Source of the DNA: an uncultured Pseudomonadota bacterium
GTDB lineage: Bacteria; Pseudomonadota; Gammaproteobacteria; Burkholderiales; Eutrophovitaceae
Reading direction: 5' to 3'
Assembly: GCA_937983055.1 (NCBI GenBank)
Contig: CALJLA010000211.1
Coordinates: 12,414-76,413, forward strand
Length of the DNA stretch: 64,000 nucleotides
Part shown: in pieces, positions 1 to 9,948 of the stretch
Numbering within the stretch: position 1 is the first letter of the stretch
How the letters are laid out: every line of letters begins with the position of its first letter
Translations under genes and position numbers: made by a program
Notes under the pieces: generated by a model
What the model saw: the letters and a program-made list of their open reading frames with translations, nothing else
Databases searched by the model: none
What the model was told of the DNA's origin: nothing

Positions 1-529
1 GCGATTTCTCCCAGGGTCTGAACACCATCGGATCGTGCACCTCGGCGATCCACGGCAACCGGAACCGCCGCGCCAGCAGGTAGCCCGCCCAGTGTGCCGA
101 GTTGGCGCCGCCGGTGGAATAGATCACCGAGCAACCGCGCTGCCGGATCAGCCGCGCGCCTCGCCAGTAGGCGGGAAACGCCCAGGACCATTGCGGCTCC
201 AGCCGCACGAACAGCTTCTCGATCAGGTAGAAGGGCAGCAACGCAAGCGTCATGGCGCCGACCGCCAGGCGGTAGACCGCCTGCGACCGGATGCGCCGGC
301 GCAGCACATGGCGCAGATCGAAGCGCAGCGCCACCGGCGACAGCGGCAGCAGCTGATGGTGCTCGAGCTTCGCGTCGCGCTGCCCGGTCACCGCGCTGAC
401 CACGATCGGCTCGATGCCTTGTGCGCAAAGATGCGGCATCTTGTCGGTGATGGTCTGGCTGGCCGCCCGCCCGTCCATGTTGAACGCGTGGGATAACACC
501 AGCCAGATGCCTTCAGCGCGCTCCCGCAC
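1..529 (-). CDS. glycosyltransferase, GT-B/GT4-like N-terminal part (3' end lies beyond window start)
   Basis: Hand translation of the minus strand from GTG at 529 gives MRERAEGIWLVLSHAFNMDGRAASQTITDKMPHL...IYSTGGANSAHWAGYLLARRFRLPWIAEVHDP, open to position 1. This resembles a GT4 N-terminal domain. The + strand ORFs 35..496 and 94..399 are R/A/P-rich antisense artefacts. Confidence 0.5.
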   Translation of the reverse strand, partial: MRERAEGIWLVLSHAFNMDGRAASQTITDKMPHLCAQGIEPIVVSAVTGQRDAKLEHHQLLPLSPVALRFDLRHVLRRRIRSQAVYRLAVGAMTLALLPFYLIEKLFVRLEPQWSWAFPAYWRGARLIRQRGCSVIYSTGGANSAHWAGYLLARRFRLPWIAEVHDPMVFRPWEKS

Positions 530-1907
530 GGTTGGCCTTCTCGTTGCGCGCTGACGCACCCAGGAGCACCCCTGACATCAAGATAAATTGCTCGAGAATG
601 TGATCGCGCATGATCGAGTCGACCAGTGAGCGCACTACATACATCAGCACGAGGAATATGAGCGCCCACCCGGCTACATCTGCAGCACCCCGGGTCGCCT
701 TCCATCCGGCCACGATCAGGGTAGCGACAAAACCAAACCAGATCGCCAAGCCCGGAAGCCCAACGTTCAAGCCGAAATCGATTACAGAGCTATGGGCATG
801 CGACATGGCGCCTCGGCCATATCGCTCGATCACTAGATCGCGGAACGTGTGTCGGCTGATCTCCAGACCAAGGGGATGCTCGAGCAGCATGGCCAGACCG
901 ACCTTGGCCCACGCAATACGTTGGTAAGCGGACTCTTCAACCGACTTGCCGTCTGCCGAAAGAGGCAATGCAGAGCCCGGCGGATCCAACCATTGCTGAT
1001 GCTGCTCGGTATCCAGTGCAACCGGCACGGTCCTGACGAACGCCTGCCAGCGCGGATCCCAGTGCACGCCGCCCCACAACACACCAGCAACAACTAACCC
1101 GAGCACAATCCCGAAAGCCGCTCGAACTCGCACGGAGTAATGCCTGCGGGCAGTGATCGCCAAAAAGGCCAGCCCGGCACCGCCAATCCCCAGTGCAACC
1201 ACTATCACGCCGTTCCGGGCGCCCGAAGTAACAGCGGCAGCCGTGCCGAGCAACCCGGCAACGACAATCAGGGCAGAGAATCGGCGCCCGAATGGGAGGA
1301 CCCGATTCGCTTGGACCAACGCGAAGCCGAAGACGACCGGGAGCAGCGTAGAGGCAGCGTAGGTTATGTTGGCCTTATGGTCGCTCAGCCCGGAGAAATG
1401 CGGAGAGATGGCACCTGCCCGCGCAAACTCCACAAGGACAAGAAGAATATGCGCCGCCATCAACGCACACAGCGGCAGGACCACGGCAAACCACATCCGC
1501 CGGCCCGACTCATCACAAGGTTCCGCACGTACGCAGTCAAACGCGGTAAACCCAAAAAGGAATGCGAGGATCACGGGGAGCCATTCGCCCCGCCACTCGG
1601 CCAACGAGGCCGCTGGATCGTCGGCAATGAACAAAGCGACGACAAGCGTCCAGAGAATCACTACGCCGAACATGGCAACCGCCCGCCTGGCATCCGGCGA
1701 CGATTCCTTCAGGAGCGGGAAAAGCAGTGGAGCTACGAGCACAAAGCCGGCAAAAGTCAGCATATTCCGCAACCCGATGACGTTCGGGAGCGAGTAGACG
1801 AGGAGGAGTGTTGCGGTCACGAAACAAACCATGACCGGTCGCCACCGCCGCAAGAACTCGATGGTTGAGCCGGCGCCAAGCGTGCCTTGACGTACGCTAT
1901 CCGACAT
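513..1907 (-). CDS. O-antigen ligase/polymerase-family integral membrane protein (WaaL/Wzy_C-like)
   Basis: 464-aa ORF with many hydrophobic segments and one large hydrophilic loop (DPRWQAFVRTVPVALDTEQHQQWLDPPGSALPLSADGK). It lies in the LPS cluster. The call rests on architecture and context only. Confidence 0.55.
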   Translation of the reverse strand: MSDSVRQGTLGAGSTIEFLRRWRPVMVCFVTATLLLVYSLPNVIGLRNMLTFAGFVLVAPLLFPLLKESSPDARRAVAMFGVVILWTLVVALFIADDPAASLAEWRGEWLPVILAFLFGFTAFDCVRAEPCDESGRRMWFAVVLPLCALMAAHILLVLVEFARAGAISPHFSGLSDHKANITYAASTLLPVVFGFALVQANRVLPFGRRFSALIVVAGLLGTAAAVTSGARNGVIVVALGIGGAGLAFLAITARRHYSVRVRAAFGIVLGLVVAGVLWGGVHWDPRWQAFVRTVPVALDTEQHQQWLDPPGSALPLSADGKSVEESAYQRIAWAKVGLAMLLEHPLGLEISRHTFRDLVIERYGRGAMSHAHSSVIDFGLNVGLPGLAIWFGFVATLIVAGWKATRGAADVAGWALIFLVLMYVVRSLVDSIMRDHILEQFILMSGVLLGASARNEKANRAGAR

Positions 1908-1942
1908 TGAGACCAGACCCGTGGTTACACATCATCACGCAG

Positions 1943-2989
1943 CTACCGTGCACGCAGCCGCCTGAGCAATCGTGCCAGCCGCCAAGCTTTCAGTGACGCA
2001 GCATATCCGATGCCGACAAACAGAATGAATCCATAGAACAGTATCCATTCGGGCACGCCAAAGCGCCACGCCAAAGTCGCGATGCCGGCAAGGCCGATTG
2101 CCATCGCCAAAGCAATGTAGACGACCTCCTCAGGCCGGTATCCGGCCACCTGGAGAATATGGTGCAGATGGTCGCGGCCCGCCGAAAAGGGGCTGCGACC
2201 CTTGCTCAGCCGCCGCAATATGACAACGCCCATGTCCAGTAGCGGGACCGCGAGGTACCACACGGCGACAATGGGTGGCAGACCATTCGTCGGGCGGCTG
2301 ATTTCGACGCTGAACCAGGTCAGAAGAAAGCCAAGCATCATGCTTCCGGAGTCGCCCATGAACACCGTCGCGCGATGCTGCCACGGGAACCGCATATTCA
2401 ACATCCAGAACGCAAGAATAACAGTGGCACAGACGGCGATCAGCTGGAACAGTGCGGTCTGCATGGTCATCAGTGCTGCCATCGCGAAAAAACAGAGCGC
2501 GACAAGGACCAGGCCGCCTGCCAGGCCGTCCATGCCGTCTGTCATGTTCACCGCATTGATGAGGCCAAGTACGCAAATCACCGTGAACGGAACTGCCCAG
2601 TCATGCAGCAGCAATTCCCCAGCACCAAAAAGATCTCCAAGGTTCATGACGGTGACACCGCCCCAGGAGGTCATGAATAGTGCCGCCGCAATCTGAGCAA
2701 TAAGTTTGCGTCGCGGGGACAGGTCTTTCAGGTCATCGAGAAGGCCTGCAATCAGCAGTATCGCAAGGCCGGCAAAAAGGGCTCGGTAGTCATAAAGCGA
2801 CTCGACGATCAGCAGCGCGCCGAAAACCAGCCCACCCATCATCGCGGGACCACCCACCAGAGGGATGGCGCCTTTATGCCGCTTGCGCCCCCCGGGATGG
2901 TCGACCAGCCCGACCGTCAGCGCTGGACGCGCAAGCAGCCGCACGAGCACAACGGTAGACACAAAGACAAGCACAAAATCGAATAGCAT
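1943..2989 (-). CDS. WecA/WbpL-type polyprenyl-phosphate N-acetylhexosamine-1-phosphate transferase (MraY family), paralog 1
   Basis: 348 aa with the motifs AGLLDDLKDL, NAVNMTDGMDGLAGG and VFMGDSGSMMLGF, typical of the MraY/WecA family. Confidence 0.85.
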   Translation of the reverse strand: MLFDFVLVFVSTVVLVRLLARPALTVGLVDHPGGRKRHKGAIPLVGGPAMMGGLVFGALLIVESLYDYRALFAGLAILLIAGLLDDLKDLSPRRKLIAQIAAALFMTSWGGVTVMNLGDLFGAGELLLHDWAVPFTVICVLGLINAVNMTDGMDGLAGGLVLVALCFFAMAALMTMQTALFQLIAVCATVILAFWMLNMRFPWQHRATVFMGDSGSMMLGFLLTWFSVEISRPTNGLPPIVAVWYLAVPLLDMGVVILRRLSKGRSPFSAGRDHLHHILQVAGYRPEEVVYIALAMAIGLAGIATLAWRFGVPEWILFYGFILFVGIGYAASLKAWRLARLLRRLRAR

Positions 2990-3017
2990 GCCGATTTACC
3001 CTGGGCCTGCGGGCTGA

Positions 3018-3446
3018 TCATGCTCTAGGTGACTCAATCTGGGAAACAATGCGTTCGAGCGCTCTTCCGTCTCGGCGCCCAAAGTTACGCATTGAGAAAC
3101 ATTCCAAACCAGCACTGTAGGCGGCACGAAGGTCTCGGTCCTCGAGCAGTCGCGCTATCTGTTCAGTCGCTTCACCCGGCGTAGACACAAGTACGCCCGC
3201 GCCCTCGTCTTCCGGCGCAGGGAAGATTCTGTGCCGATCACCGAGTCGCAGCACAACAGGCAGTACACCCATGGCAGCCGCCTCGGAGAGCACCGTCGAG
3301 TACAGTCCCAGCACTAGCGTCGACACCGTCAGCGCCTCCGCAACGGACGAGTCGACGCTCCTGGTACGAGCACACGGGCAACATGTAATTTGACCAGCTT
3401 CACAGATAACCGCAGTTGGTCCGCGGTGTACAACCGCACGACAGTC
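3018..3446 (-). pseudogene. C-terminal fragment of a GT-B glycosyltransferase (probable remnant)
   Basis: The listed ORF 3018..3326 (GTG start) covers only the last ~100 aa of a GT-B enzyme (STVLSEAAAMGVLPVVL...). The frame stays open upstream only to a stop at 3447..3449 and has no N-terminal domain. It is followed by a ~160-bp AT-richer non-coding gap up to 3606. Confidence 0.45.
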
Positions 3447-3606
3447 CTAAACGCATCGTGCTTACCGTTATATGATTACAATCATTTGCATGTACCACCA
3501 GAAAGTGGCGGTGTGGAATTCAGAATCGGTCACGCTCTATAGTTGCGGTGGAGATTGGTGCCGTCATATTTGACCCGCATTTCGGAAATCCGCGCCGACA
3601 TTAACT

Positions 3607-4452
3607 TCAGTTCGGTAACGCTCGCCGCAATACCTCCCTTACGAAGCGCGCCCAAACTCTTGCAACGTGATAGGGAATCAAAGGCCAGTCGCACGCCAGG
3701 ATTACGAAGGAAGTCCAGTACAAGGGATTCGCATGTGACTTATTCGAAAACACCAGCTTAAGGTACTCACCAAGTTTAGCCACCTTGGAGAAATCCCAGT
3801 ACCCAGATGCGCCCGTGTTCGGTGAATCAAGTACCAGACGATTGTCTGTAATGCATCTAAACCCCTTGCGTGCGGCCCTCATCGTCCACTCGTAGTCTGA
3901 TAGGTAATGAGGAAGGATGTGAGGATGAAAATCACCCACCTGCTTAACAACGGCCCAGCGCACAAAAAGGCCTCTCGTTGAGAGACAGTTGATACTTTCT
4001 GGACTTGTCGCAGTCACAAAATTCAGCCGCCGTACATCGGCATGGACACCGGTTTCAAGAATGCTGCCCGCGCCAGAATCGCGGATTCTTGACAGTAGCA
4101 AGCAATCCGGATTCTCCTGCAGTACACGCATACCAGCGGACAGGAAATCCGGCGCGAAAGTGACATCATCGTTTATGAACAGCACGACATCCGATGACGC
4201 TGGATTAAATTGACGCAGACAGTCGAGCCCCTTTTGCAGGCTGCCTGCCCACCACCATGTACCCGTTCCTCTAATCGCAGTCGCACTTGGGATCGAATTG
4301 AGCACCATTTCGGTGGTTCCGTCCGTCGATCCGTCGTCAATTAAGATCAGGTGAAAATTAGGATACGTTTGGCCGGTGAGGCAATGCACGAACAGCTTTG
4401 TTGTTTCCCTGCGGTTGTGGACCGGGAGCAAGACGTAAATCTTCTCTGTCAT
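3607..4452 (-). CDS. family 2 glycosyltransferase
   Basis: 281 aa with N-terminus YVLLPVHNRRETTKLFVHCLTGQTYPNFHLILIDDGSTDGT (GT-A DxD region). Full-length paralog of ORF 20680..21546. Confidence 0.8.
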   Translation of the reverse strand: MTEKIYVLLPVHNRRETTKLFVHCLTGQTYPNFHLILIDDGSTDGTTEMVLNSIPSATAIRGTGTWWWAGSLQKGLDCLRQFNPASSDVVLFINDDVTFAPDFLSAGMRVLQENPDCLLLSRIRDSGAGSILETGVHADVRRLNFVTATSPESINCLSTRGLFVRWAVVKQVGDFHPHILPHYLSDYEWTMRAARKGFRCITDNRLVLDSPNTGASGYWDFSKVAKLGEYLKLVFSNKSHANPLYWTSFVILACDWPLIPYHVARVWARFVREVLRRALPN

Positions 4453-5399
4453 GCTTTTCGCAGCTCGAAAAGCACCGAATCACCGATACCAGCAATGTCG
4501 AAAGCACGCGTGAGCAGATGATTCACCCGGCTTCGGTGCAATAGAGAAGCAACCTTCACTGCAATTCTCTCGGGCAGAGAGTACCCACCGATGCCAGACC
4601 AGAACGGAGATACTCTCTGCGACCCGCGTCGCGTCGCCAGATGAATCCACTGGTACCTGAGCCACTCGGACTGGGTGATGGTTCCCAACGGCCGGCACTT
4701 CAAGCCCGCTTGCTCCGCCGCAATTTGCATTGACTGCCGCGACAAGAAAGTCAGGTGATACAGTGCCTGCCAGTTTATCCAACGTTGGCGGAAGACTCGC
4801 GCGCCCCAGCCATGCACATTGGGTGTACTCAAGATTGCTACCCCTCCAGGCTTGAGCACTTTTCGGATGCCAGCCATTGTATGTACCGGGTCACGCATGT
4901 GCTCGATTACCTGGTCCAGAGTGACCACGTCAAAGTAACTCTCTGGAAAGTCCGCGGCATCAAAGACGCCAATGGTGACTTTGAAGCCAAAGCGTTCCGC
5001 CACGCGAAGGACGTTCTCGTCTGACTCCACGCCCCACACCTCGCATCCGCGCGAAGCGTGATACCCGAGGGCTTGCCCAAGACCGCTGCCGATATCGAGG
5101 ACACGAACGCCTTGAGGCACCCAACGGAAAGCGGATGCCCGTGCCCCATCCAACCAAGCGGCGAAGCCTCGAATTTCCCGGTGAGGGCGATAGTCATCAA
5201 TGCTCATCGCGCGGCGCGGGTAATAGCTGGTGTAGAGCTGCCTTATTTGCTCATCGGTGAAACCTGCGTTTTCAAGATAGCCATGTCCGCAGGAGTTGCA
5301 CTTATACAATGGAAAAATGCCAGGGTAACCGTAGCGGTCATCGTAAAGGATGAACTGCTCTGACGTATCCGGCCCAGCGCAGATAGGACAGTCACTCAC
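4449..5399 (-). CDS. class I SAM-dependent methyltransferase with N-terminal CxxC...CxxC zinc ribbon
   Basis: 316 aa with CPICAG...CNSCGH followed by VLDIGSGLGQALGY (SAM motif I). Its start overlaps the next gene by 4 nt. Confidence 0.75.
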   Translation of the reverse strand: MSDCPICAGPDTSEQFILYDDRYGYPGIFPLYKCNSCGHGYLENAGFTDEQIRQLYTSYYPRRAMSIDDYRPHREIRGFAAWLDGARASAFRWVPQGVRVLDIGSGLGQALGYHASRGCEVWGVESDENVLRVAERFGFKVTIGVFDAADFPESYFDVVTLDQVIEHMRDPVHTMAGIRKVLKPGGVAILSTPNVHGWGARVFRQRWINWQALYHLTFLSRQSMQIAAEQAGLKCRPLGTITQSEWLRYQWIHLATRRGSQRVSPFWSGIGGYSLPERIAVKVASLLHRSRVNHLLTRAFDIAGIGDSVLFELRKA

Positions 5400-6288
5400 A
5401 GCCCAGAACCATCAGCACGTGATCAGGATCTATCGAGGGCAAACCATCGTATTGACCCCGCACCAATGCTGGGCCAGCCCTTCGCACCACACGGTACCAA
5501 GACTCCCGATACGCTCTGGCCGCATAAGTTCGCACTTTTCGGCGTAGGACGAAATTTCCCGTGCCAAATCTGAAGAAGCGAGTGGATGGAAAGACCACAT
5601 GTTCGGGATAGCGCAGGTACCACCACCTTCCCCGACACAGTCGAGCCGAGATGGACGCGATGTCCCCGGTCAGGATAACTAGCGTTCCGTTTTCGGATAG
5701 CAATTCCCGGCATCTGCGAAAGAAGCCAGGAACGTCGTAAAGATGCTCGACTAGATCGAACGCCGTGATGAGATCAAACTGCCCTTTGACCTGGTCGATC
5801 GCAGAAAAGTATCGGTGTCCCTTCTTCTCGAGAATCTCACGGCATGCAGACGAGTACTCCACTCCCGCCGTGTCGCAGCCAACGGCCCTGAGGAAGTCCA
5901 GAAGCTGCCCCGTGCTGCTTCCGATATCAAGCGCACTGGAGGACTCCTTCGCGCACGCGCGCAGGGTTTCAATAACCTCCCGGCACTTGATGTGCTCGAC
6001 GTTTTCATTCGACCAGCGATTTCCACTTTCCCCGCTGCTGTACATCGCGGCTGCTTGCTCGGGGTGCACCACATTTTGTTTGAACCAAGAACCGCAGTCA
6101 GTACACTTCCAGAGTTCGGACTTGCGACTTGGCGCGATTTCGTGTGTTGAGAAGCCGATGTGCCGAACGACTGGTATTCCCCCGAGCTGACTGATTCGCG
6201 TCGACTCGCAGAGCGGGCAATTATGCCGCCGGAAATCATTGTCGATTGTCTCGATCACCAGAGGCTTCCGCCGCGCTCCCTGGCCCAA
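5392..6288 (-). CDS. class I SAM-dependent methyltransferase with N-terminal zinc ribbon
   Basis: 298 aa with CPLCES...CTDCGS followed by ALDIGSSTGQLLDFL. Same architecture as the downstream neighbour. Confidence 0.75.
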   Translation of the reverse strand: MGQGARRKPLVIETIDNDFRRHNCPLCESTRISQLGGIPVVRHIGFSTHEIAPSRKSELWKCTDCGSWFKQNVVHPEQAAAMYSSGESGNRWSNENVEHIKCREVIETLRACAKESSSALDIGSSTGQLLDFLRAVGCDTAGVEYSSACREILEKKGHRYFSAIDQVKGQFDLITAFDLVEHLYDVPGFFRRCRELLSENGTLVILTGDIASISARLCRGRWWYLRYPEHVVFPSTRFFRFGTGNFVLRRKVRTYAARAYRESWYRVVRRAGPALVRGQYDGLPSIDPDHVLMVLGCE

Positions 6289-6998
6289 CTCTCGTAAAGC
6301 TTCAGGTCGTTCTCGTTATCTACCTCAAACCAGCGGGCAGTAATTGGCACAGTGTCAATGCGCCTTCCGTCGGCGATCAACCGTTTCAATAGCGAGGTCA
6401 TGTCAAGCTTATCGCGTGTCTCGGGGCCAAGCAGGTCTAACAGGCCGGTGACCCAGCCCCAGGCTGCCGGCGAGAACTTAAGCAGCCCCATGTATTGGCC
6501 CTCGATCTCATGGAGACTGGTCACTCGGCTTCCAATCTCCGTCAAAGTGCCCCGACGGTCGACTCTCAGCGATTCGGCGTCGGACAGAGGGTCCGCAAAG
6601 CGCTCGCTCCACAAGTCTAGCCAGTTAACGTCATAGGTAATGGCAAGGTCACCGCGCACTGCAGCGAGTTTCGCCACAGTTTCTCCCGGATAAACGATAT
6701 CCGAATAACTTACGATACAGGCATCATTCGACAGCCATTCACTGGCACACACCAGCGACATGACCATGTTGGTTTCGGCCCAGCGCGGATTCTCGAATGT
6801 TGCCACGCCTGGATAGCTGATCTTCGCGGCCATGTAACCCCGTACCACACCGATCTCCGTAATACCGGCTTCGCGAAGAGCTTGGATTTGCCATTCGATG
6901 AGCGGCTTACCTGCCAAAATGGTCAAGCATTTGGGCGCATACTGCGTAAGCTGCCCCATGCGACTACCGCGTCCCGCAGCAAGAACAATTGCCTTCAT
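6255..6998 (-). CDS. LicC-like nucleotidyltransferase; candidate CTP:phosphoglutamine cytidylyltransferase (Cj1416-like)
   Basis: 247 aa with N-terminus MKAIVLAAGRGSRMG (nucleotidyltransferase P-loop). 4-nt overlap with the C26 hydrolase gene. The functional call comes from gene context. Confidence 0.6.
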   Translation of the reverse strand: MKAIVLAAGRGSRMGQLTQYAPKCLTILAGKPLIEWQIQALREAGITEIGVVRGYMAAKISYPGVATFENPRWAETNMVMSLVCASEWLSNDACIVSYSDIVYPGETVAKLAAVRGDLAITYDVNWLDLWSERFADPLSDAESLRVDRRGTLTEIGSRVTSLHEIEGQYMGLLKFSPAAWGWVTGLLDLLGPETRDKLDMTSLLKRLIADGRRIDTVPITARWFEVDNENDLKLYESWARERGGSLW

Positions 6999-7603
6999 TG
7001 TCCTTCGGATCCAAAAACACGGGCAAACATCTCCATATCAGGCGCACGAAATGGGGAAATGCGCTCCGGATGCCACATCACGCCATGAATGGCATGACGG
7101 CGATGCTGGACCGCCTTGATGACGCCATCCTGCGCGACAGCACGGACTTCGAGTTCCGGGACCGTGGCCGTCGAACCGAAGCTGTGATAGCTGTTTACAG
7201 ATTGCGGCGTGCCGTCCGCGATGACAATCTGTTCAGGAGCCACATGACCAGTAACAGCTTCGAGGCGAACACCGAAGAAATCCTGAACCGCTTGCATGCC
7301 CCGGCACACGCCGATCAGTGGAACTCGCTCGTCGATCGCGTAGCGGATCAATGCCGCCTCCGTTGCGTCGCGCTCCGGGGCGTTTCCTCCATAGGCCAAC
7401 AGATCGCCTCCACCGGTCAAAAGGATGCCATCGATCTGGAAATTCGCCAGCAGGCTGCGCAGTGTCGATGGATTGTTCGGCACTAGCAGCGGGACAACGT
7501 CCACGCGCGCGAGGAATTCCGTCCACCGCTGGTCAAGGGCGTCGCGGCGTTCGCCGTAGGTGGGCACGATTTCAACTCGCTGCGTGACCGCGACGCGCTT
7601 CAC
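6995..7603 (-). CDS. peptidase C26 / class I glutamine-amidotransferase-like hydrolase; candidate gamma-glutamyl-CDP-amidate hydrolase (Cj1417-like)
   Basis: 202 aa with the nucleophile motif GVCRGMQ and the His motif GVMWHPE. 4-nt overlaps on both sides. Confidence 0.65.
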   Translation of the reverse strand: MKRVAVTQRVEIVPTYGERRDALDQRWTEFLARVDVVPLLVPNNPSTLRSLLANFQIDGILLTGGGDLLAYGGNAPERDATEAALIRYAIDERVPLIGVCRGMQAVQDFFGVRLEAVTGHVAPEQIVIADGTPQSVNSYHSFGSTATVPELEVRAVAQDGVIKAVQHRRHAIHGVMWHPERISPFRAPDMEMFARVFGSEGQ

Positions 7604-9948
7604 CTGAGGATCCGGACCTGTTTGTTAGCGCAGTCAATTTCGAGCACTTTGGCCCGCGACCATTCCTGGAAGTAAGCTTCACCGGCACCGATTACGGCTG
7701 GAACGTTCAGTTCCGCGGCACGAATCGCCATGTGAGAATTGACGCCCCCGAACTTTGTAATGAAGCCAACGATGCCCTGCGCGAAGATCCAATCGAATCC
7801 AGGATCGGCACTTGGGATGAGCAAAATCTTTCCCCTGATACCCTCACGCCCCGCATCGGTTGAGGCCACCTCCCCATTCGCTCGGCCGAGCGTGATGAAG
7901 TTCGGCTCCGAACACGGTAGGTGGAACGCAAAGACTTCGTCAGGGGAGGTAATCAGCGGCGGCAGGTTGATACGCTGAGCAATCGCGTAGGCGGACTCGC
8001 CAGCTGACACTGATCTCAGCAGCACTTCGCCCGGGCTCGCGCTCGACGCATACAGATCCTTGATGCACGCAATATCAGAGAACGAGCATTGCTCGACCGT
8101 CAATCCGTGCTGGCGACCAAGTTCCCCGAACTCCACCAGCACATCACTCAGGCTTTTCGTGAAGACAAACTTCGCGTACTCGCGGCCTTCGATTGCACAC
8201 TTGATGAAATCGAACAGCCCCAGCACGTCATGCTCCAGCCCATGCTCGACCAGAAGCGCCTCGGTGCGACGGAGCTGGTCGAGCGACAACACAAATGGAG
8301 CCACGGAAGGGTTCGTGTGTACTGCCGCCTTCTCCCAGTCGAAATAAAGCTCGGGCTTCTCGTCGTATCGAGGAGAGAGGATGTCATATGTGCCCGGGCG
8401 AAGATGACCATAACGCTGCAAAAATTCTGCACGATCCAACTGGTAGTAATCTCGAGCCATGCGCGAGCTCACAGTCTCTAGCGACGCCATAAAGCGCTGA
8501 TAGTCTTCCGGGCTTAGAATGCCCACCGCCACCAGCGATTTCAGTAATTGGACGGCGATGAAGCCTGCGCGGGCCAGTCCGGCGAAAGGGAGCGTTCCGT
8601 AACGCTTGCAGTCCTCGATCAACCAATAGATCTTCGATACGCGTTCTAGGTCGCTTCCCAGTATCGCTGCGCGTCGTGATTCGAGTGCCTGGATTTTTTC
8701 CACGTCCTTCCGCCAGAGACCGCGCTCCCCATGGATAATGCCGTTGGTCAGTCGCCGCAGACTGCCAGCAAAGCCGTCGATCTCCGTATGTGTGAAGCCG
8801 GCTTCGGCGAGAACATTCAATCGCTCAGGGAGGTCCAATGTATAGCACGAGAAGATGATCTCGAATTCAACCTTGTCGTGATAGTTCGGCGATTGGACCA
8901 GGCGATCTATGTAGTAATTAGTCAGCTTTTCCGCCAATGCCGGCTCCACATCCGCGGGGATGAAGGAATTGAAGCTCACGCGCACATCGATGTAGGGTAA
9001 CCCGCCGAAGCTCACCAGCAGCGGAAAGCTGCGCAGGTTCCGGTATCCGTAGTTGTCCCGCTGGTAGGCCCAGATGCTGTCGGTGATCAATTCCTTGTAC
9101 AGCGACAAAGCTAGGGGCCTTGGCCGCACGCCAACGATCTCTGCTGGATTCCAGTCCGGCATGACGCCAAAGACACTTCGAGTGCCGTGAAGGTACGGAT
9201 GCGGGCGCATCATTGCGCGTACCCGTGCGTGAATTCTTTCAAGGGCAATACGATGCGACTCAGAGTCGGCGCAATGCGCAACTGCTGCCCCCAGCGGACG
9301 CACTTGTAGCAGAAACAATTGGCCTTCGGCATCGCATGCAAATTCGACATCAATCGCATCCGTACCGAGCAATGTTTCGAGTTCGCGCACAAGTTCGATT
9401 ACACGGACCAGCGATTGCGGAGCCTTTACGGGGCAATGCTTGCTGAAGTAGAACGTCTTGACGTGGTTAGTCCCTCCGGACGTGACCGTGCCCGTGGAGC
9501 CCGAGCTGTTGTCGTAATTCACCACGAAATAGGGTCCGGCGTTATTCGGATCTATGCTGAAGGCAACGCCGCTCAGCGCGACATTCTCCAGCATGGGCTG
9601 GATGAAGATCTGGTCCTTACCATCGCGTTCACCGTACGAATCGATGACGCGAGCTACCGCAGAGCTCAAAGCCTCCGCGCCGTACACATTGCTCACCGAA
9701 AGGAATTGCCCGGCGAGGCTTCCATTCGCCGCGTCTTCGGAGAGCGCCGATGATCGCACGATGAGCGCTTTATCGAACCAGCCGTGTGCCGCAATGCGCG
9801 CGAGCACTCCGGCCTCGTCTCTCTGCCAAGCCTCGATCGTGAAGCGTTCCTGCGGGAGAACCAATGCCGACCGAACTAGCGGCGCTAACCGCTCCAGCGT
9901 TTCGGCCTTTGTCCCGAAGAGCATCTCTATTTTGCCTGAACGATCCAT
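7600..9948 (-). CDS. PEP-utilising (PPDK/PpsA-like) phosphotransferase; candidate L-glutamine kinase (Cj1418-like)
   Basis: 782 aa. The N-terminus is a PEP/pyruvate-binding ATP-grasp region (IVRSSALSEDAANGSLAGQFLSVSNV). The C-terminus is a mobile His domain (FGGVNSHMAIRAAELNVPAVIGAG, His 44 residues from the end). An alternative ATG lies at 9924. Confidence 0.65.
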   Translation of the reverse strand: MDRSGKIEMLFGTKAETLERLAPLVRSALVLPQERFTIEAWQRDEAGVLARIAAHGWFDKALIVRSSALSEDAANGSLAGQFLSVSNVYGAEALSSAVARVIDSYGERDGKDQIFIQPMLENVALSGVAFSIDPNNAGPYFVVNYDNSSGSTGTVTSGGTNHVKTFYFSKHCPVKAPQSLVRVIELVRELETLLGTDAIDVEFACDAEGQLFLLQVRPLGAAVAHCADSESHRIALERIHARVRAMMRPHPYLHGTRSVFGVMPDWNPAEIVGVRPRPLALSLYKELITDSIWAYQRDNYGYRNLRSFPLLVSFGGLPYIDVRVSFNSFIPADVEPALAEKLTNYYIDRLVQSPNYHDKVEFEIIFSCYTLDLPERLNVLAEAGFTHTEIDGFAGSLRRLTNGIIHGERGLWRKDVEKIQALESRRAAILGSDLERVSKIYWLIEDCKRYGTLPFAGLARAGFIAVQLLKSLVAVGILSPEDYQRFMASLETVSSRMARDYYQLDRAEFLQRYGHLRPGTYDILSPRYDEKPELYFDWEKAAVHTNPSVAPFVLSLDQLRRTEALLVEHGLEHDVLGLFDFIKCAIEGREYAKFVFTKSLSDVLVEFGELGRQHGLTVEQCSFSDIACIKDLYASSASPGEVLLRSVSAGESAYAIAQRINLPPLITSPDEVFAFHLPCSEPNFITLGRANGEVASTDAGREGIRGKILLIPSADPGFDWIFAQGIVGFITKFGGVNSHMAIRAAELNVPAVIGAGEAYFQEWSRAKVLEIDCANKQVRILR

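Noticed and set aside
35-496. + strand ORFs of 153 aa and 101 aa at the window start.
   Set aside because: The opposite strand translates into a convincing glycosyltransferase N-terminal domain that continues the minus-strand operon. The + frames are R/P/A-rich.
3472-3485. The palindrome atgatt-ac-aatcat in the non-coding gap, considered as a possible operator.
   Set aside because: It has only 6-bp arms in AT-richer sequence and no second copy or recognisable regulator consensus. It is mentioned only as part of the scar region.
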